Positions 23,991 through 37,995 of a DNA stretch of 64,000 bases are shown here, one piece after another (position 1 is the stretch's first letter; each line of letters opens with the position of its first letter). The position numbers and the translations under genes were made by a program. The DNA is from Eledone cirrhosa. Lineage: Eukaryota. The notes beneath the pieces are model-generated. The model did no database searches and was not told the origin of the DNA. It saw only the letters and a program-made list of their open reading frames with translations. Where the stretch lies: assembly GCA_964016885.1 (NCBI GenBank), contig OZ024742.1, forward strand, positions 42,904,001-42,968,000, written 5' to 3'.

Positions 23991-24907
23991 TACGATCTAT
24001 ACGTGGATATTTTACGTCTTGATGTGGGAGCTAAGTATATGTTTTGTTTATTCCTTTACTTATTTGCATAGGTAAGTATATATTGCCCGTATGTTTTGTG
24101 AGGGTATGTATACCTTCTCGTACGTATATTTGATTGTTATGGCGTATCATTTTTATATATTCTGGTATTTAGGGTTTGGCTATGTGTATACGGGAGCTTT
24201 GCGTCTGCGTGAGTATGCAGGTTCGTACGTATGGTGGGTGTGTGTATATGTGTACTTCTTGTTTTAGTTTACTTACGTCTCCGAACATTCGCGTATTTAT
24301 ATGTAGGTATGTGTGTGCGCTTGTTATATACGTATTTATTTACTTATATACGTTTATATAATTATTTATTTATTTGTACACAAGCATACACACACACACA
24401 TATTTATATGTGCGTGGTTTTGTATACCTATGGTAAGCTTTTGCGTATGCTTGTGTATATACGTATTTGTTTGCGTGTATGTATTTATTTATTTCTATTA
24501 CTTCTGTATTGTATTTATTTACTTTGTTCTTAACTCTGTAGCGGAGATTCATTTGGTCTCCTAGTTAGAATTTTAGTCTATACCATTTACGCGGTTTTGT
24601 CTTTGCGTGCTATTGTTCTCCACGCTCCACATATGACTTATTATCTTCGTTTTTTCGTTCATCGCCAGAGAACGTCTCTATGCACCACCTAAGAGAACAT
24701 TAGTCTACGACCTCTTTTATACCATACACGTGGTTCTGTCTTTGCGCGTATTTGTTTTTCACCGCTCCTATTAATGACGTATTATTCGTTTTTTTCCCGT
24801 TCTTTGCCAGCGAACGTTACCACGAACCAAAGTATCGTCTTCCTGTCTTCCTCCGGTTGCAACATTTTTTGAAATAACCAGTTCTGCGTTTACAGATTGA
24901 CTTTGTT

Positions 24908-24958
24908 AGTTTCAGAAGATCCCGTTAAGGGTGAAAGCAGCGATTCTTTGCTTAAACT
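24908..24958 (+). ncRNA. Hammerhead variant with CAGAAGA core
   Basis: AGTTT-CAGAAGA-tCCCgttaaGGGt-GAAA-GCA..TGC-TT-AAACT; all three stems pair. Confidence 0.65.
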
Positions 24959-24974
24959 TTAATCTGTTATTTTA

Positions 24975-25040
<66 letters not shown>

Positions 25041-25043
<3 letters not shown>

Positions 25044-25231
25044 AACGAGTAGGACCCCGACGGCTGAGCTCAAGCCGTTTCGACGGCTAATTTTAGTCCA
25101 GAATTAGCCGTCGAAACGGCTTGAGCTCAGCCGTCGGGGTCCTACTCGTTCCTATTATCCACTCTACTACCCTAAGTATTGAGTACTTTGGTGCGTTATG
25201 GTCCATCTGGTTCCTTACCACTTTTCATTCG

Positions 25232-25234
<3 letters not shown>
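25041..25234. mobile_element. Fold-back PLE-type mini-element; arms 25041-25153, tail to 25234
   Basis: Near-perfect 113-bp palindrome with GAAA-CGGCT..AGCCG-TC half hammerheads; (TA)n flanks. Confidence 0.85.
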
Positions 25235-25284
<50 letters not shown>

Positions 25285-25377
25285 AAGTAATTCCGTCGGA
25301 AAAGTCCAGGAAAAAAGAGTGCTCTATGTAGGTAACAGAGCTTAATAGTTATGTAATAAACAACATAAGGCAATTAT

Positions 25378-25435
25378 TCCATTTACCAGTGGTTTCTTAA
25401 AAGCAAAAGATTTTGCTTTCAATCCTCAGAATGAA
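25378..25435 (-). ncRNA. Type I hammerhead ribozyme (PLE-1)
   Basis: Reverse complement of 28347-28404. Confidence 0.85.
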
Positions 25436-25592
25436 ACAATCCTGGTCGGTTTATTGAATTTGGATTTTAAAAACAAAAATGCAATCTATATGAAAGTGAG
25501 GCTGGAGAAGGAAGAAGGAAAGGAAAAATAAAATAAAACTACACATGCAAACACACACACAAAAACACAAAAAGCATACATACACACACATA

Positions 25593-25624
<32 letters not shown>

Positions 25625-25847
25625 CATACATATATATATACATATACATACACTCATACATACACACACGCACATATATATACACACATATATGTGTATA
25701 TAAATACACACAAACACATATATACATACGCACATAAATATCAACTCATCCATACATACACATACATATATACAACCACACACACATATATACACACATA
25801 CATACACATAGAAACATAAATATAAATACATATACATACACACATAA

Positions 25848-25888
<41 letters not shown>

Positions 25889-26080
25889 TATATATATATA
25901 TGTGTGTACAAGCATACACATACACAAACATAGCCATACACACATACATATACATACATACATGCACACAATCATACATATGTACACACGTACATACATA
26001 CACATACATAAATGCACTCCTCTCCATATTCACACACGCAAATAAATATAAGAAAAATATATATATATATATATATATAT

Positions 26081-26538
26081 GCAAAAGTTCTATTTAAAAT
26101 TGTTGGGATACAACAAGTAAATATTTTATAACTGATATAAAGCACTCGACAAGTTTTTGGAGTAGATATACGATATTAAATAAATGGAAACTATATTTAT
26201 AAAACCATATTTATTTCATTATACATATTTCAGGGATACCAAATTAAAATATGGTATGCCTTCATCAGACAAAATACAATATATAAACAGTTTTATAAAT
26301 AATTTTGACGTACCCTATTAGATGCAACCATTATTTTTGTAAGCTGTCTGTCTATCCAGACAGCTTCCAAAAATAATGGTTGCATCTAATAGGGTACGTC
26401 AAAATTATTTATAAAACTGTTTATATATTGTATTTTGTCTGATGAAGGCATACCATATTTTAATTTGGTATCCCTGAAATATGTATAATGAAATAAATAT
26501 GGTTTTATAAATATAGTTTCCATTTATTTAATATCGTA
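26081..26538. mobile_element. Fold-back PLE family X, copy 2; tail 26081-26168, arms 26169-26538, loop 26351-26356
   Basis: Near-perfect palindrome with a hammerhead in each arm. Confidence 0.9.
26431..26495 (+). ncRNA. Type I hammerhead (family X), mirrored on the minus strand in the left arm
   Basis: TATTTTGT-CTGATGA-AGG..CCT-GAAA-T-atgt-A-TA-ATGAAATA. Confidence 0.8.
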
Positions 26539-27229
26539 TATATATATATATATACATAAAAAAATTTTTTGACAGCGATACAGAAGGCAGCTAACTGGAC
26601 AGACACGCGTGGTAAGTAATACACACAAATGCACGTATACATACGTACGAAATAGTAAATACATACACACACTCTCACACATAAATATATATATACAAAT
26701 ACATAAACACATACATACACATACATGCACAAACACGCACACGCACACGTATACAATTATACACACACATATGTATATGTAATTATACACACACACATAT
26801 ATATATATACATAAATATAAACATACACACACACACATATATGTATACATACACACATACATATACATACATAGCTATATAATTATACACATACAAATAC
26901 GTACATATCATAAACACACACAACCAAATACAAACACACACACACATACATATATATAAATATATATATATATATACATACACACACATACACATATACA
27001 TGTGTGTGTGTGTAAAACTCAGTCTTAGATAATTCATATGAACCTTACATATACATATATATAGTAGTAAAGTAATAAAGTAATAAGCAACATAAGGCAA
27101 TTATTCCATTCACCAGTGGTTTCTTAAAAGCAAAAAATGTTTCCTTCAATCTTCAGAATGAAAAAAACCTGGTGTATCTACATATACATACACATACACA
27201 CACAAATATATATATACATATATATACAC

Positions 27230-27342
<113 letters not shown>

Positions 27343-28346
27343 AATATACATACACATACACATAGGTATGTGAAGGGCAGGGCAAAAAGAATATATGGGG
27401 GGGGGGGGACATAGGAAAAGGTGAAATATAAGGGGAGGTAAGGGAGAAAAAAATAAATATACAAGAGTACAGAACGTAGAATCAGCAAAAAAAACCGTAG
27501 CAGAAGTAAAGAGCAGAGAAGGAGTTCAAGGCGGTTGATTTATCATAGGAGTGTCAATCCAGTTACAGATCAGATGCGATTTCAGATGAGGACAGCATCT
27601 GAAGATCTCAGTCTTTGAGTTAAGGCAAGGGGAAGTGGCTCTCATGTTTAGCAAAATCCTATACTTTTCTGTGGTACACAAAGAACAATTCTTTGTGCCC
27701 CTTTGGTACTCCCTCGAATGGTCTAATATAGACCAATCAATAGAGTACGGGATGTTACTATCCTTGAGTTCCCACACATTACTTGCGAGGGCCGTTGATG
27801 TTCGTTTATCGGAGTGCTTAAAAGAAGCGACATGTGAGTAAAATCTGGTTTTAAACCTGTCCTGGGTCATACCGACATATCGCTCACTCCTGGCTGGCTG
27901 GTTGTTGATTACCGGTGTTATCTTAGCCTCATAAACAACAGATTTGGTGTTACATTTACCCTGCAATGGGCATTCAATGTGTGTATATATGTGTGTGTGG
28001 TTGTATATATGTATGTGTATGTATGGATGTGTTGATATTTATGTGCGTATGTATATATGCGTTTGTGTGTATTTATATACACATATGTGTGTATATATGT
28101 GTGCGTGTGTGTATGTATGAGTATATGTATATGTATATATATATATGTATGTATATGTATATGTATATATGTATATATATATATATATATATGTGTGTGT
28201 ATGTATGCTTTTTGTGTTTTTGTGTGTGTGTTTGCATGTGTAGTTTTATTTTATTTTTCCTTTCCTTCTTCCTTCTCCAGCCTCACTTTCATATAGATTG
28301 CATTTTTGTTTTTAAAATCCAAATTCAATAAACAGACCAGGATTTT

Positions 28347-28404
28347 TTCATTCTGAGGATTGAAAGCAAAATCTTTTGCTTTTAAGAAACCACTGGTAAA
28401 TGGA
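28347..28404 (+). ncRNA. Type I hammerhead ribozyme (PLE-1 5' repeat)
   Basis: TTCATT-CTGAGGA-TTGAAAGCAAA/TTTGCTTTTAA-GAAA-CC-act-GG-TA-AATGGA; canonical core with GUA cleavage triplet. Confidence 0.88.
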
Positions 28405-28618
28405 ATAATTGCTTTATGTTGTTTATTACATAACTATTAAGCTCTGTTACCTACATAGAGCACTCTTTTTTCCTGGACTTTTCCGACGGAATTACTTCAT
28501 TTATACAGCTCCAACCGGGATTGATTGAAGCATATTCTATATTACATATACGATTGCCACTTTTCAGCCCGATTAATTGCGCACTCTACAGTTTTCAGGA
28601 ATTTAACCAACATACACC

Positions 28619-30751
28619 ATGGATCTTTATGAATTGGATTATTCAATCAAAAATATACCCACTCCTTCCAACACAACTTATACCAAAATCCTCATAGATG
28701 AAATCGAACAAGTCGTTAAAAGAATGAGATGGAAGGCAATGGTTTACGATGGACTATTCAGTGCTGATACTAAAGATTGTTTTGACATCAAATCCCGTAA
28801 ATATCCACCTAGAATTAAAGACATGGCCAACTTCTAATTAGACCTTGTTAATCTAATTAGTGATATCAAATTTCGTAAGTACAATAATAACTTTCAAACT
28901 AAACTATCTAACGATATTTCTAATTTTAGAAATTCTACAAACACTTTTGTTCTTTCTGATAAAACTAAAAATCTCTTTGAAGTTAATAGTACTTTGTATA
29001 ACCAACTTTTAACTAATAGTATTACCAATAAATATCAATTAACTAATAATAATACCTACAATACTATCAATAAAGAAGCTAATGAACTAACTAGTTCTTT
29101 ACAAATAGATAACCGGATTGAAAGCCTAGCTAAGCGTAAAGAATATATTACCCTTAAAGACCATAAATTGGACTTTACTAATCGACCTAGTTGTAGACTG
29201 ATTAACCCGGCTAAATCCGAGGTTGGCCTTGCAAGTAAGAAAATCTTAAGAAAAATAATTCTCCAAATTAGAACTAACACTGACCTATCACAGTGGCTAA
29301 ATACCTCCTCTGTTATTTCTTGGTTCAATAATATACAAGGTAAAAATAAGTGTAGATTTACCCAATTTGATATTGTCGATTTTTACCCATCTATTACTGT
29401 TTCCTTATTAACTAATGCCTTAGATTTTGCAAGACCCTTCATTAATATTTCTAAATTAGAAGAAGACATTATCTTTCATGCTAGAAAAACTTTACTCTTT
29501 ACTAAGGATAATATTTGGGTTAAAAAGTCAAACCCTGAAAACTCTTTTGATGTTGCAATGGGTTCATATGACAGTGCGGATGTGTGTGACTTAGTAGGAT
29601 TATTCCTTCTCCACACCCTCAAAGAGAAATTTCCGTCTCATAATATCGGTTTATACCGTGATGACGGATTAGCAGTTTCTCATACCACCAACGGCCATAA
29701 CCTTGATAAATTCCGTAAAGATTTAATCAATACTTTTGCTAATCTTAACCTTAAAATCACTATAGATACGAACCTTACTAATGCTAACTTTCTTGATATT
29801 AATCTTGATCTACTTACCGCCTCTTTTAAACCCTATCATAAACCTAATGAAAATCTTAGGTATATACACAAAGAGTCTTGCCATCCCCCTATAATTTTTA
29901 ATAATCTTATTCCTAACATTAGCCGTAGGATTTCTACCTTATCTTCGTCTATAGACATTTTTAATAAAGCCACCCCTTATTATAATAAAGCCCTTAAGAA
30001 CAGCGGTTTTACAGAAAAAAATTCTTATTTACCTACTCCCCCCCCCTAAAACTAACCACAATAACAGGAAAAGGAAGATTATTTGGTTCACACACCCCTC
30101 TCTCTAACTGTCAAAACTAATGTAGGAAGGAAATTCCTTGAACTATTAGATAAACATTTTCCTCCTAATCATAGATATTATAAGATATTTAATAGGAACG
30201 TAGTTAAGATCAGCTACTCTTGTTGCCCATCTATGAAGTCCAAAATCACCAGTTCAAACCATACGAGAATAAATCCAGGATGCAGTTGCAGGAAGCCGGA
30301 TGAATGCCCATTGCAGGGTAAATGTAACACCAAATCTGTTGTTTATGAGGCTAAGATAACACCGGTAATCAACAACCAGCCAGCCAGGAGTGAGCGATAT
30401 GTCGGTATGACCCAGGACAGGTTTAAAACCAGATTTTACTCACATGTCGCTTCTTTTAAGCACTCCGATAAACGAACATCAACGGCCCTCGCAAGTAATG
30501 TGTGGGAACTCAAGGATAGTAACATCCCGTACTCTATTGATTGGTCTATATTAGACCATTCGAGGGAGTACCAAAGGGGCACAAAGAATTGTTCTTTGTG
30601 TACCACAGAAAAGTATAGGATTTTGCTAAACTTGAGAGCCACTTCCGCTTGCCTTAACTCAAAGACTGAGATATTCAGATGCTGTCCTCATCTGAAATCG
30701 CATCTGATCTGTAACTGGATTGACACTCCTATGATAAATCAACCGCCTTGA
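28619..30751 (+). pseudogene. PLE reverse transcriptase and GIY-YIG endonuclease ORF, with one TAA (28835) and frameshift(s) near 30020-30100
   Basis: YSIKNIPTP, SDKT, FDIVDFYPSI, VAMGSYDSADVCDL, LYRDDGL, VVYEA..YVGMT..FKTR..H, CSLC..EK..LNSKTE..CPH. Confidence 0.92.
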
Positions 30752-30928
30752 ACTCCTTCTCTGCTCTTTACTTCTGCTACGGTTTTTTTGCTGATTCTAC
30801 GTTCTGTACTCTTGTATATTTATTTTTTTCTCCCTTACCTCCCCTTATATTTCACCTTTTCCTATGTCCCCCCCATATATTCTTTTTGCCCTGCCCTTCA
30901 CATACCTATGTGTATGTGTATGTATATT

Positions 30929-30985
<57 letters not shown>

Positions 30986-31101
30986 AGATCAAAAGATGGT
31001 TAAAGGAGTTCCATACATGTATGTATATATATGTGTATATATATGTATATATATATATTTGTGTGTGTATATGTATGTATATGTAGATACACCAGGTTTT
31101 T

Positions 31102-31159
31102 TTCATTCTGAAGATTGAAGGAAACATTTTTTGCTTTTAAGAAACCACTGGTGAATGGA
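31102..31159 (+). ncRNA. Second, degenerate hammerhead in the PLE-1 repeat (GUG triplet), also at 27106-27163 (-)
   Basis: TTCATT-CTGAAGA..GAAA-CCACTGG-TG-AATGGA. Confidence 0.7.
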
Positions 31160-31454
31160 ATAATTGCCTTATGTTGCTTATTACTTTATTACTTTACTAC
31201 TATATATATGTATATGTAAGGTTCATATGAATTATCTAAGACTGAGTTTTACACACACACACATGTATATGTGTATGTGTGTGTATGTATATATATATAT
31301 ATATATTTATATATATGTATGTGTGTGTGTGTGTGTTTGTATTTGGTTGTGTGTGTTTATGATATGTACGTATTTGTATGTGTATAATTATATAGCTATG
31401 TATGTATATGTGTGTGTATGTATACATATATGTGTGTGTGTGTATGTTTATATT

Positions 31455-31513
<59 letters not shown>

Positions 31514-31931
31514 ATAATTACATATACATATATGTGTGTATAATTGTATACGTGTGCGTGTGCGTGTTTATGCATGTATGTGTATGTATGTGTATATGTA
31601 TATGTATATTTATGTGTGAGAGTCTGTGTATGTATTTACTATTTCGTACGTATGTATACGTGCATTTGTGTGTATTACTTACCACGCGTGTCTGTCCAGT
31701 TAGCTGTCTTCTGTATCGCTGTCAAAAATATTTTTTTAATATATATATATATATATTTTTTCTTACATTTATTTGCGTGTGTGAATATGTAGAGGAGTGC
31801 ATTTATGTATGTGTATGTATGTACGTGTGTACATATGTATGATTGTGTGCATGTATGTATGTATGTATATGTATGTGTGTATGGCTATGTTTGTGTATGT
31901 GTATGCTTGTACACACATATATATATATATC

Positions 31932-31962
<31 letters not shown>

Positions 31963-32442
31963 GCAAAGTTTTATTTAAATTGTTGGGTTAACAACGAGTA
32001 AATATTTATAACTGATATAAAAGCACTCAACAAGTATTTGGAGTATATTTACGATATTAAATAAATAGAAACTATATTTATAAAACCATATTTATTTCAT
32101 TATATATATTTCAGGGATATCATATTAAAAATATGTTATGCCTTCCTCAGACAAAATACAATATAAACAGTCTTATAAATAGATAGATTCGACATACCTT
32201 TCAACATCGACTTCAATTTGAAAAGTTGAATTGGTAGTGGAAAAAATATTAGGGACAGTTATAAAAAGAAAGAAAGAAAAAAAGAAAAAACGGAGAAAAA
32301 GAAGAAATGCATGCAACTAAATAGAGAGAGATAGATATAGAGAGATAGATAGAGAGAAGAAATTCATGTAAAGAAACAGAGAGAGATATATATAGAGAGG
32401 AAAAAACACAGAGGGAGATAGATAGAGAGAGAGAGAGAGAAG

Positions 32443-32517
<75 letters not shown>

Positions 32518-33573
32518 TATAGAGAGATAGATATAGATAGAGATAGAGAGAAAGAAAATAGGTAGTTGTGCACCAGTTGAATGACGTATCAATGATATAT
32601 TTATTTATTTATTTATTTATTTAGCTCTAGTATCAATGTAGAGAGAGATATATGTGGTTAAGAGAGAAAACAGCCGTTACATAGAGAGAAAAGAAAAAGA
32701 AAAATATCCAGACAAAAACGAGGCAGATTTAAAACACTATGTATCATCAATGTAAAAAATATCAATTCGTATAAAACAGGCATTATAATGTAAATATCAG
32801 TATTCATGAATGAGACACGTATCAATAAAGTGTGAAAAATAATGATCATATGTCTAGTTTAAAATTCATAGGTTTATATTAGAAGGTTATCCCAGATTTT
32901 ATACTATATACATCATGTGAATTTACGTGATCAGCTCTGCAAATTCCTATTTCACACGAAAACATTCTCATTGTGCTATAAAAATTCTAGTATACATATA
33001 TGTGTACATACACACAAATATATATAGAGTCTACATTAATTTTAACAACACTATTCATGTCTTTACTCTACATGATTATCGTTCAAGCATAAATAGAGAA
33101 CAGATATCAATATATTAATAAAAATAAAAATATCAGAAACAAAAAGTAAATAAAAAACAAAAATCAAAAAATAAATAAATAAAAATCAAAAAAATATTAA
33201 AAATAAAAATAAAAATAAAAATATTAAAAATATTAAAAAAAATATTAAAAATATTAAAAATATTAAAATAAAAATGAAACATAGTATGCCCCGCAAATCA
33301 ACCACAGAGATCAACCCTTCAAAGTTAATTGACAATATATTGCCAAGTTCGTTATAAGCATCAGAATCAAAAGCAAACAAAACCAAAATTATTGACCAAA
33401 TCCTGTCTAGCAGAAAACATTCCAAAAGTTTAGGATACCCATTTGATCTAGAGATGGTCTTATATTTAATATAGAAGTTTATCTAGTGTCAAATTTATTC
33501 GATATATTTGGAGCATCAGCTTTTAGGGTAGTTTAATTATTCATGAAGAATGTTTAAAAAATAAAAAGGAATC

Positions 33574-33699
33574 TGCGCGGAGGAGATATTCTTTATACTA
33601 AAATCTAAAAATTCCCTTAATTTACGGACAAATTTATTCAGTTGCTGCAGACATAGATTGAACTCAACTTTTAAATATAAATATAAATTTAAAATGTAG
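33574..33699 (+). pseudogene. C-terminal remnant of a PLE GIY-YIG ORF
   Basis: Manual translation CAEEIFFILKSKNSLNLRTNLFSCCRHRLNSTFKYKYKFKM*, compared with CAAETLEIL..LNKKSEAISACKHKL in PLE-2. Confidence 0.75.
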
Positions 33700-34800
33700 T
33701 ATATTTAATTTGATTTATAATTATTTATGAAACTCGCCGATAAATCTTTCGATTCCTTTTTATTTTTTAAACATTCTTCATGAATAATTAAACTACCCTA
33801 AAAGCTCCAAATATATCGAATAAATTTGACACTAGATAAACTTCTATATTAAATATAAGACCATCTCTAGATCAAATGGGTATCCTAAACTTTTGGAATG
33901 TTTTCTGCTAGACAGGATTTGGTCAATAATTTTGGTTTTGTTTGCTTTTGATTCTGATGCTTATAACGAACTTGGCAATATATTGTCAATTAACTTTGAA
34001 GGGTTGATCTCTGTGGTTGATTTGCGGGGCATACTATGTTTCATTTTTATTTTAATATTTTTAATATTTTTAATATTTTTTTTAATATTTTTAATATTTT
34101 TATTTTTATTTTTATTTTTAATATTTTTTTGATTTTTATTTATTTATTTTTTGATTTTTGTTTTTTATTTACTTTTTGTTTCTGATATTTTTATTTTTAT
34201 TAATATATTGATATCTGTTCTCTATTTATGCTTGAACGATAATCATGTAGAGTAAAGACATGAATAGTGTTGTTAAAATTAATGTAGACTCTATATATAT
34301 TTGTGTGTATGTACACATATATGTATACTAGAATTTTTATAGCACAATGAGAATGTTTTCGTGTGAAATAGGAATTTGCAGAGCTGATCACGTAAATTCA
34401 CATGATGTATATAGTATAAAATCTGGGATAACCTTCTAATATAAACCTATGAATTTTAAACTAGACATATGATCATTATTTTTCACACTTTATTGATACG
34501 TGTCTCATTCATGAATACTGATATTTACATTATAATGCCTGTTTTATACGAATTGATATTTTTTACATTGATGATACATAGTGTTTTAAATCTGCCTCGT
34601 TTTTGTCTGGATATTTTTCTTTTTCTTTTCTCTCTATGTAACGGCTGTTTTCTCTCTTAACCACATATATCTCTCTCTACATTGATACTAGAGCTAAATA
34701 AATAAATAAATAAATAAATATATCATTGATACGTCATTCAACTGGTGCACAACTACCTATTTTCTTTCTCTCTATCTCTATCTATATCTATCTCTCTATA

Positions 34801-34869
<69 letters not shown>

Positions 34870-35153
34870 CTTCTCTCTCTCTCTATCTATCTATCTCCCT
34901 CTGTGTTTTTTCCTCTCTATATATATCTCTCTCTGTTTCTTTACATGAATTTCTTCTCTCTATCTATCTCTCTATATCTATCTCTCTCTATTTAGTTGCA
35001 TGCATTTCTTCTTTTTCTCCGTTTTTTCTTTTTTTCTTTCTTTCTTTTTATAACTGTCCCTAATATTTTTTCCACTACCAATTCAACTTTTCAAATTGAA
35101 GTCGATGTTGAAAGGTATGTCGAATCTATCTATTTATAAGACTGTTTATATTG

Positions 35154-35219
35154 TATTTTGTCTGAGGAAGGCATAACATATTTTTAATATGATATCCCTG
35201 AAATATATATAATGAAATA
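35154..35219 (+). ncRNA. Type I hammerhead (family X), mirrored at about 32093-32158 (-)
   Basis: TATTTTGT-CTGAGGA-AGG..CCT-GAAA-T-atat-A-TA-ATGAAATA. Confidence 0.8.
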
Positions 35220-35502
35220 AATATGGTTTTATAAATATAGTTTCCATTTATTTAATATCGTATATATATATATGTATGTTTATGTGTGTATGTATATGTA
35301 TTTATATTTATGTTTCTATGTGTATGTATGTGTGTATATATGTGTGTGTGGTTGTATATATGTATGTGTATGTATGGATGTGTTGATATTTATGTGCGTA
35401 TGTATATATGTGTTTGTGTGTATTTATATACACATATATGTGTGTATATATGTGTGCGTGTGTGTATGTATGAGTGTATGTATATGTATATATATATATG
35501 TG

Positions 35503-35561
<59 letters not shown>

Positions 35562-35707
35562 ATGTATGCTTTTTGTGTTTTTGTGTGTGTGTTTGCATGT
35601 GTAGTTTTATTTTATTTTTCCTTTCCTTCTTCCTTCTCCAGCCTCACTTTCATATAGATTGCATTTTTGTTTTTAAAATCCAAATTCAATAAACAGACCA
35701 GGATTTT

Positions 35708-35765
35708 TTCATTCTGAGGATTGAAAGCAAAATCTTTTGCTTTTAAGAAACCACTGGTAAATGGA
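35708..35765 (+). ncRNA. Type I hammerhead ribozyme (PLE-1 3' repeat)
   Basis: Same sequence as 28347-28404. Confidence 0.88.
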
Positions 35766-35791
35766 ATAATTGCCTTATGTTGTTTATTATA

Positions 35792-36321
<530 letters not shown>

Positions 36322-36335
36322 TATATATATATATA

Positions 36336-36627
36336 TTGTTATACTTGAGGAGGGTCATATTGTTGTAATAATATTGTCAGAATTAATAACAGAACACAAT
36401 CACTGTTTGGTTGGTTTTCGCTTCTGTGTCTTTTATATCAGTTAATTTATTCGGTCCTCAATGTTTACCATTGACTGACCAACGGTAAAAAATACAGATA
36501 TAATATAGACACAAACACATATATATAGTCTAACAAAGTTCTTTCGTTTTACATCTGTTACATCGTCAGTGGTGCTATTATGTTTCCTCCTGTTGTATTG
36601 TATGTCTACGCCATCTTTATTTAATCT

Positions 36628-36631
<4 letters not shown>
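36336..36631 (-). mobile_element. Solo 3' terminal fragment of the PLE-3 family
   Basis: Aligns to 59283-59590 and starts at the same end point as the 60703 arm. Confidence 0.85.
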
Positions 36632-36681
<50 letters not shown>

Positions 36682-36847
36682 ACTAGAAATTGATTGACAT
36701 ATATATATATCTAAAATAAACACATGAAACAATCACAGGGGATAATTTGTAAAGTGTGTAAGCACACGCAGCTAGGTAGGTAACTTTGAGCTTATTCTAC
36801 GGTGGATATGGCGCATGTCTCGGACATGACTCCCTTAATTTAATTTT

Positions 36848-36901
<54 letters not shown>

Positions 36902-36955
36902 CTATATATATATGTATATATATATATGTATATATATATATGTATATATATATGT

Positions 36956-37007
<52 letters not shown>

Positions 37008-37020
37008 GCATATATATATG

Positions 37021-37122
<102 letters not shown>

Positions 37123-37124
37123 AA

Positions 37125-37425
37125 TATTGTGATCACATGGGATGTTCATATCAATCAATAAACAGACCTTACTATGTTGGTCTTTTACAATGACATCTGG
37201 TCTATTAGCTTTTATGGTCCGGTCATTAAGTACAGGAAAGTCCCAAAGAATCGTTACTTTTTCTCCTTCAATTACAACCTCAGGGTGATGATTGAATTAC
37301 TTGTCAGCGGTTTTGATTTTATAATGCCGACATATTAACCAGTGTAGATTATTGGCCAACTCTGTCATGTCTAGATTGGTACTCTACTGGTGCTAAAACT
37401 TTACATCATGAAATTAAGTGGTTAA
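37125..37425 (-). pseudogene. R4/Dong-type RLE domain fragment
   Basis: [40 protein letters not shown]. Confidence 0.8.
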
Positions 37426-37427
37426 AT

Positions 37428-37995
37428 TAACGACAGCAATAACGACAACACCAACAATACCAACAACAAGAACATATTCGCTGCAGCAGTAACCAAAAAG
37501 AGGCCATGCTTCAGCATGGACTTCACAAATAAAGATGAAAAGTTGGCCCATGCCTAGAAGCTCATCAAGCAAGAGCAAACCTGGGCCAACTTAATTGTCC
37601 CGACAGACGCCATTGAAGCAGTGAGTGAAGCGCATTACAGATGCATCTCAGCATTACAGATGCATCTCAGCAGAAACAAAGAGTGCGGCTTTAATTGCAC
37701 AGGCAGATGTTGAAGTCACGCTGGGGTGCATCAAGGATGACACCGAATACATAGCAAGGGGCAGACAATACGGCACAATTTTGGTGTTGTTTTAGTCAGA
37801 AGCACTCACTATGAAACATGCTATGACACCTTGCAAAACCAGCAAGGTCATAATGTACCCCTCTCACATGGGAAAACGAACAGCTCGTCTCCACATTCCC
37901 AGGATCCCACCAGGACTTGACATCTGGTAGCTCCTGGGATGTGTGATTGTGGAGGGTTGTGGATACCATCCCGATAGAGATCACTAACAGGTGCA
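37428..37995 (+). pseudogene. Degenerate Tx1-like ORF1 fragment
   Basis: Asn-rich start and EYIARGRQYGTI..YPSHMGKR, compared with YIARGSKYGTV at 55640 and PTYMGKR at 5965. Confidence 0.65.

Larger units (their letters stand above)
23095..24978 (+). mobile_element. 5'-truncated Penelope-like element (PLE-2, Naiad-like) with terminal repeat and hammerhead
   Basis: RT thumb and GIY-YIG ORF, long 3' region, hammerhead variant, then (TA)n. Terminal part recurs at 38608-38920 (-). Confidence 0.9.
31963..35262. mobile_element. Fold-back PLE family X, copy 3: 3.2-kb palindrome; tail 31963-32049, arms 32050-33573 and 33751-35262, spacer 33574-33750
   Basis: Arms near-identical, as shown by mirrored ORFs in the ORF track; spacer encodes a PLE endonuclease C-terminus. 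Confidence 0.92.

Noticed and set aside
28835-28837. Selenocysteine or readthrough recoding in the Naiad-like ORF
   Set aside because: The stop is TAA, not TGA, and is not at a Cys position; a nonsense mutation is more likely
31963-35262. Palindromes as amplification or assembly chimeras
   Set aside because: Arms carry indels and substitutions, and termini are reproducible across independent copies and families; not fully excluded without raw reads
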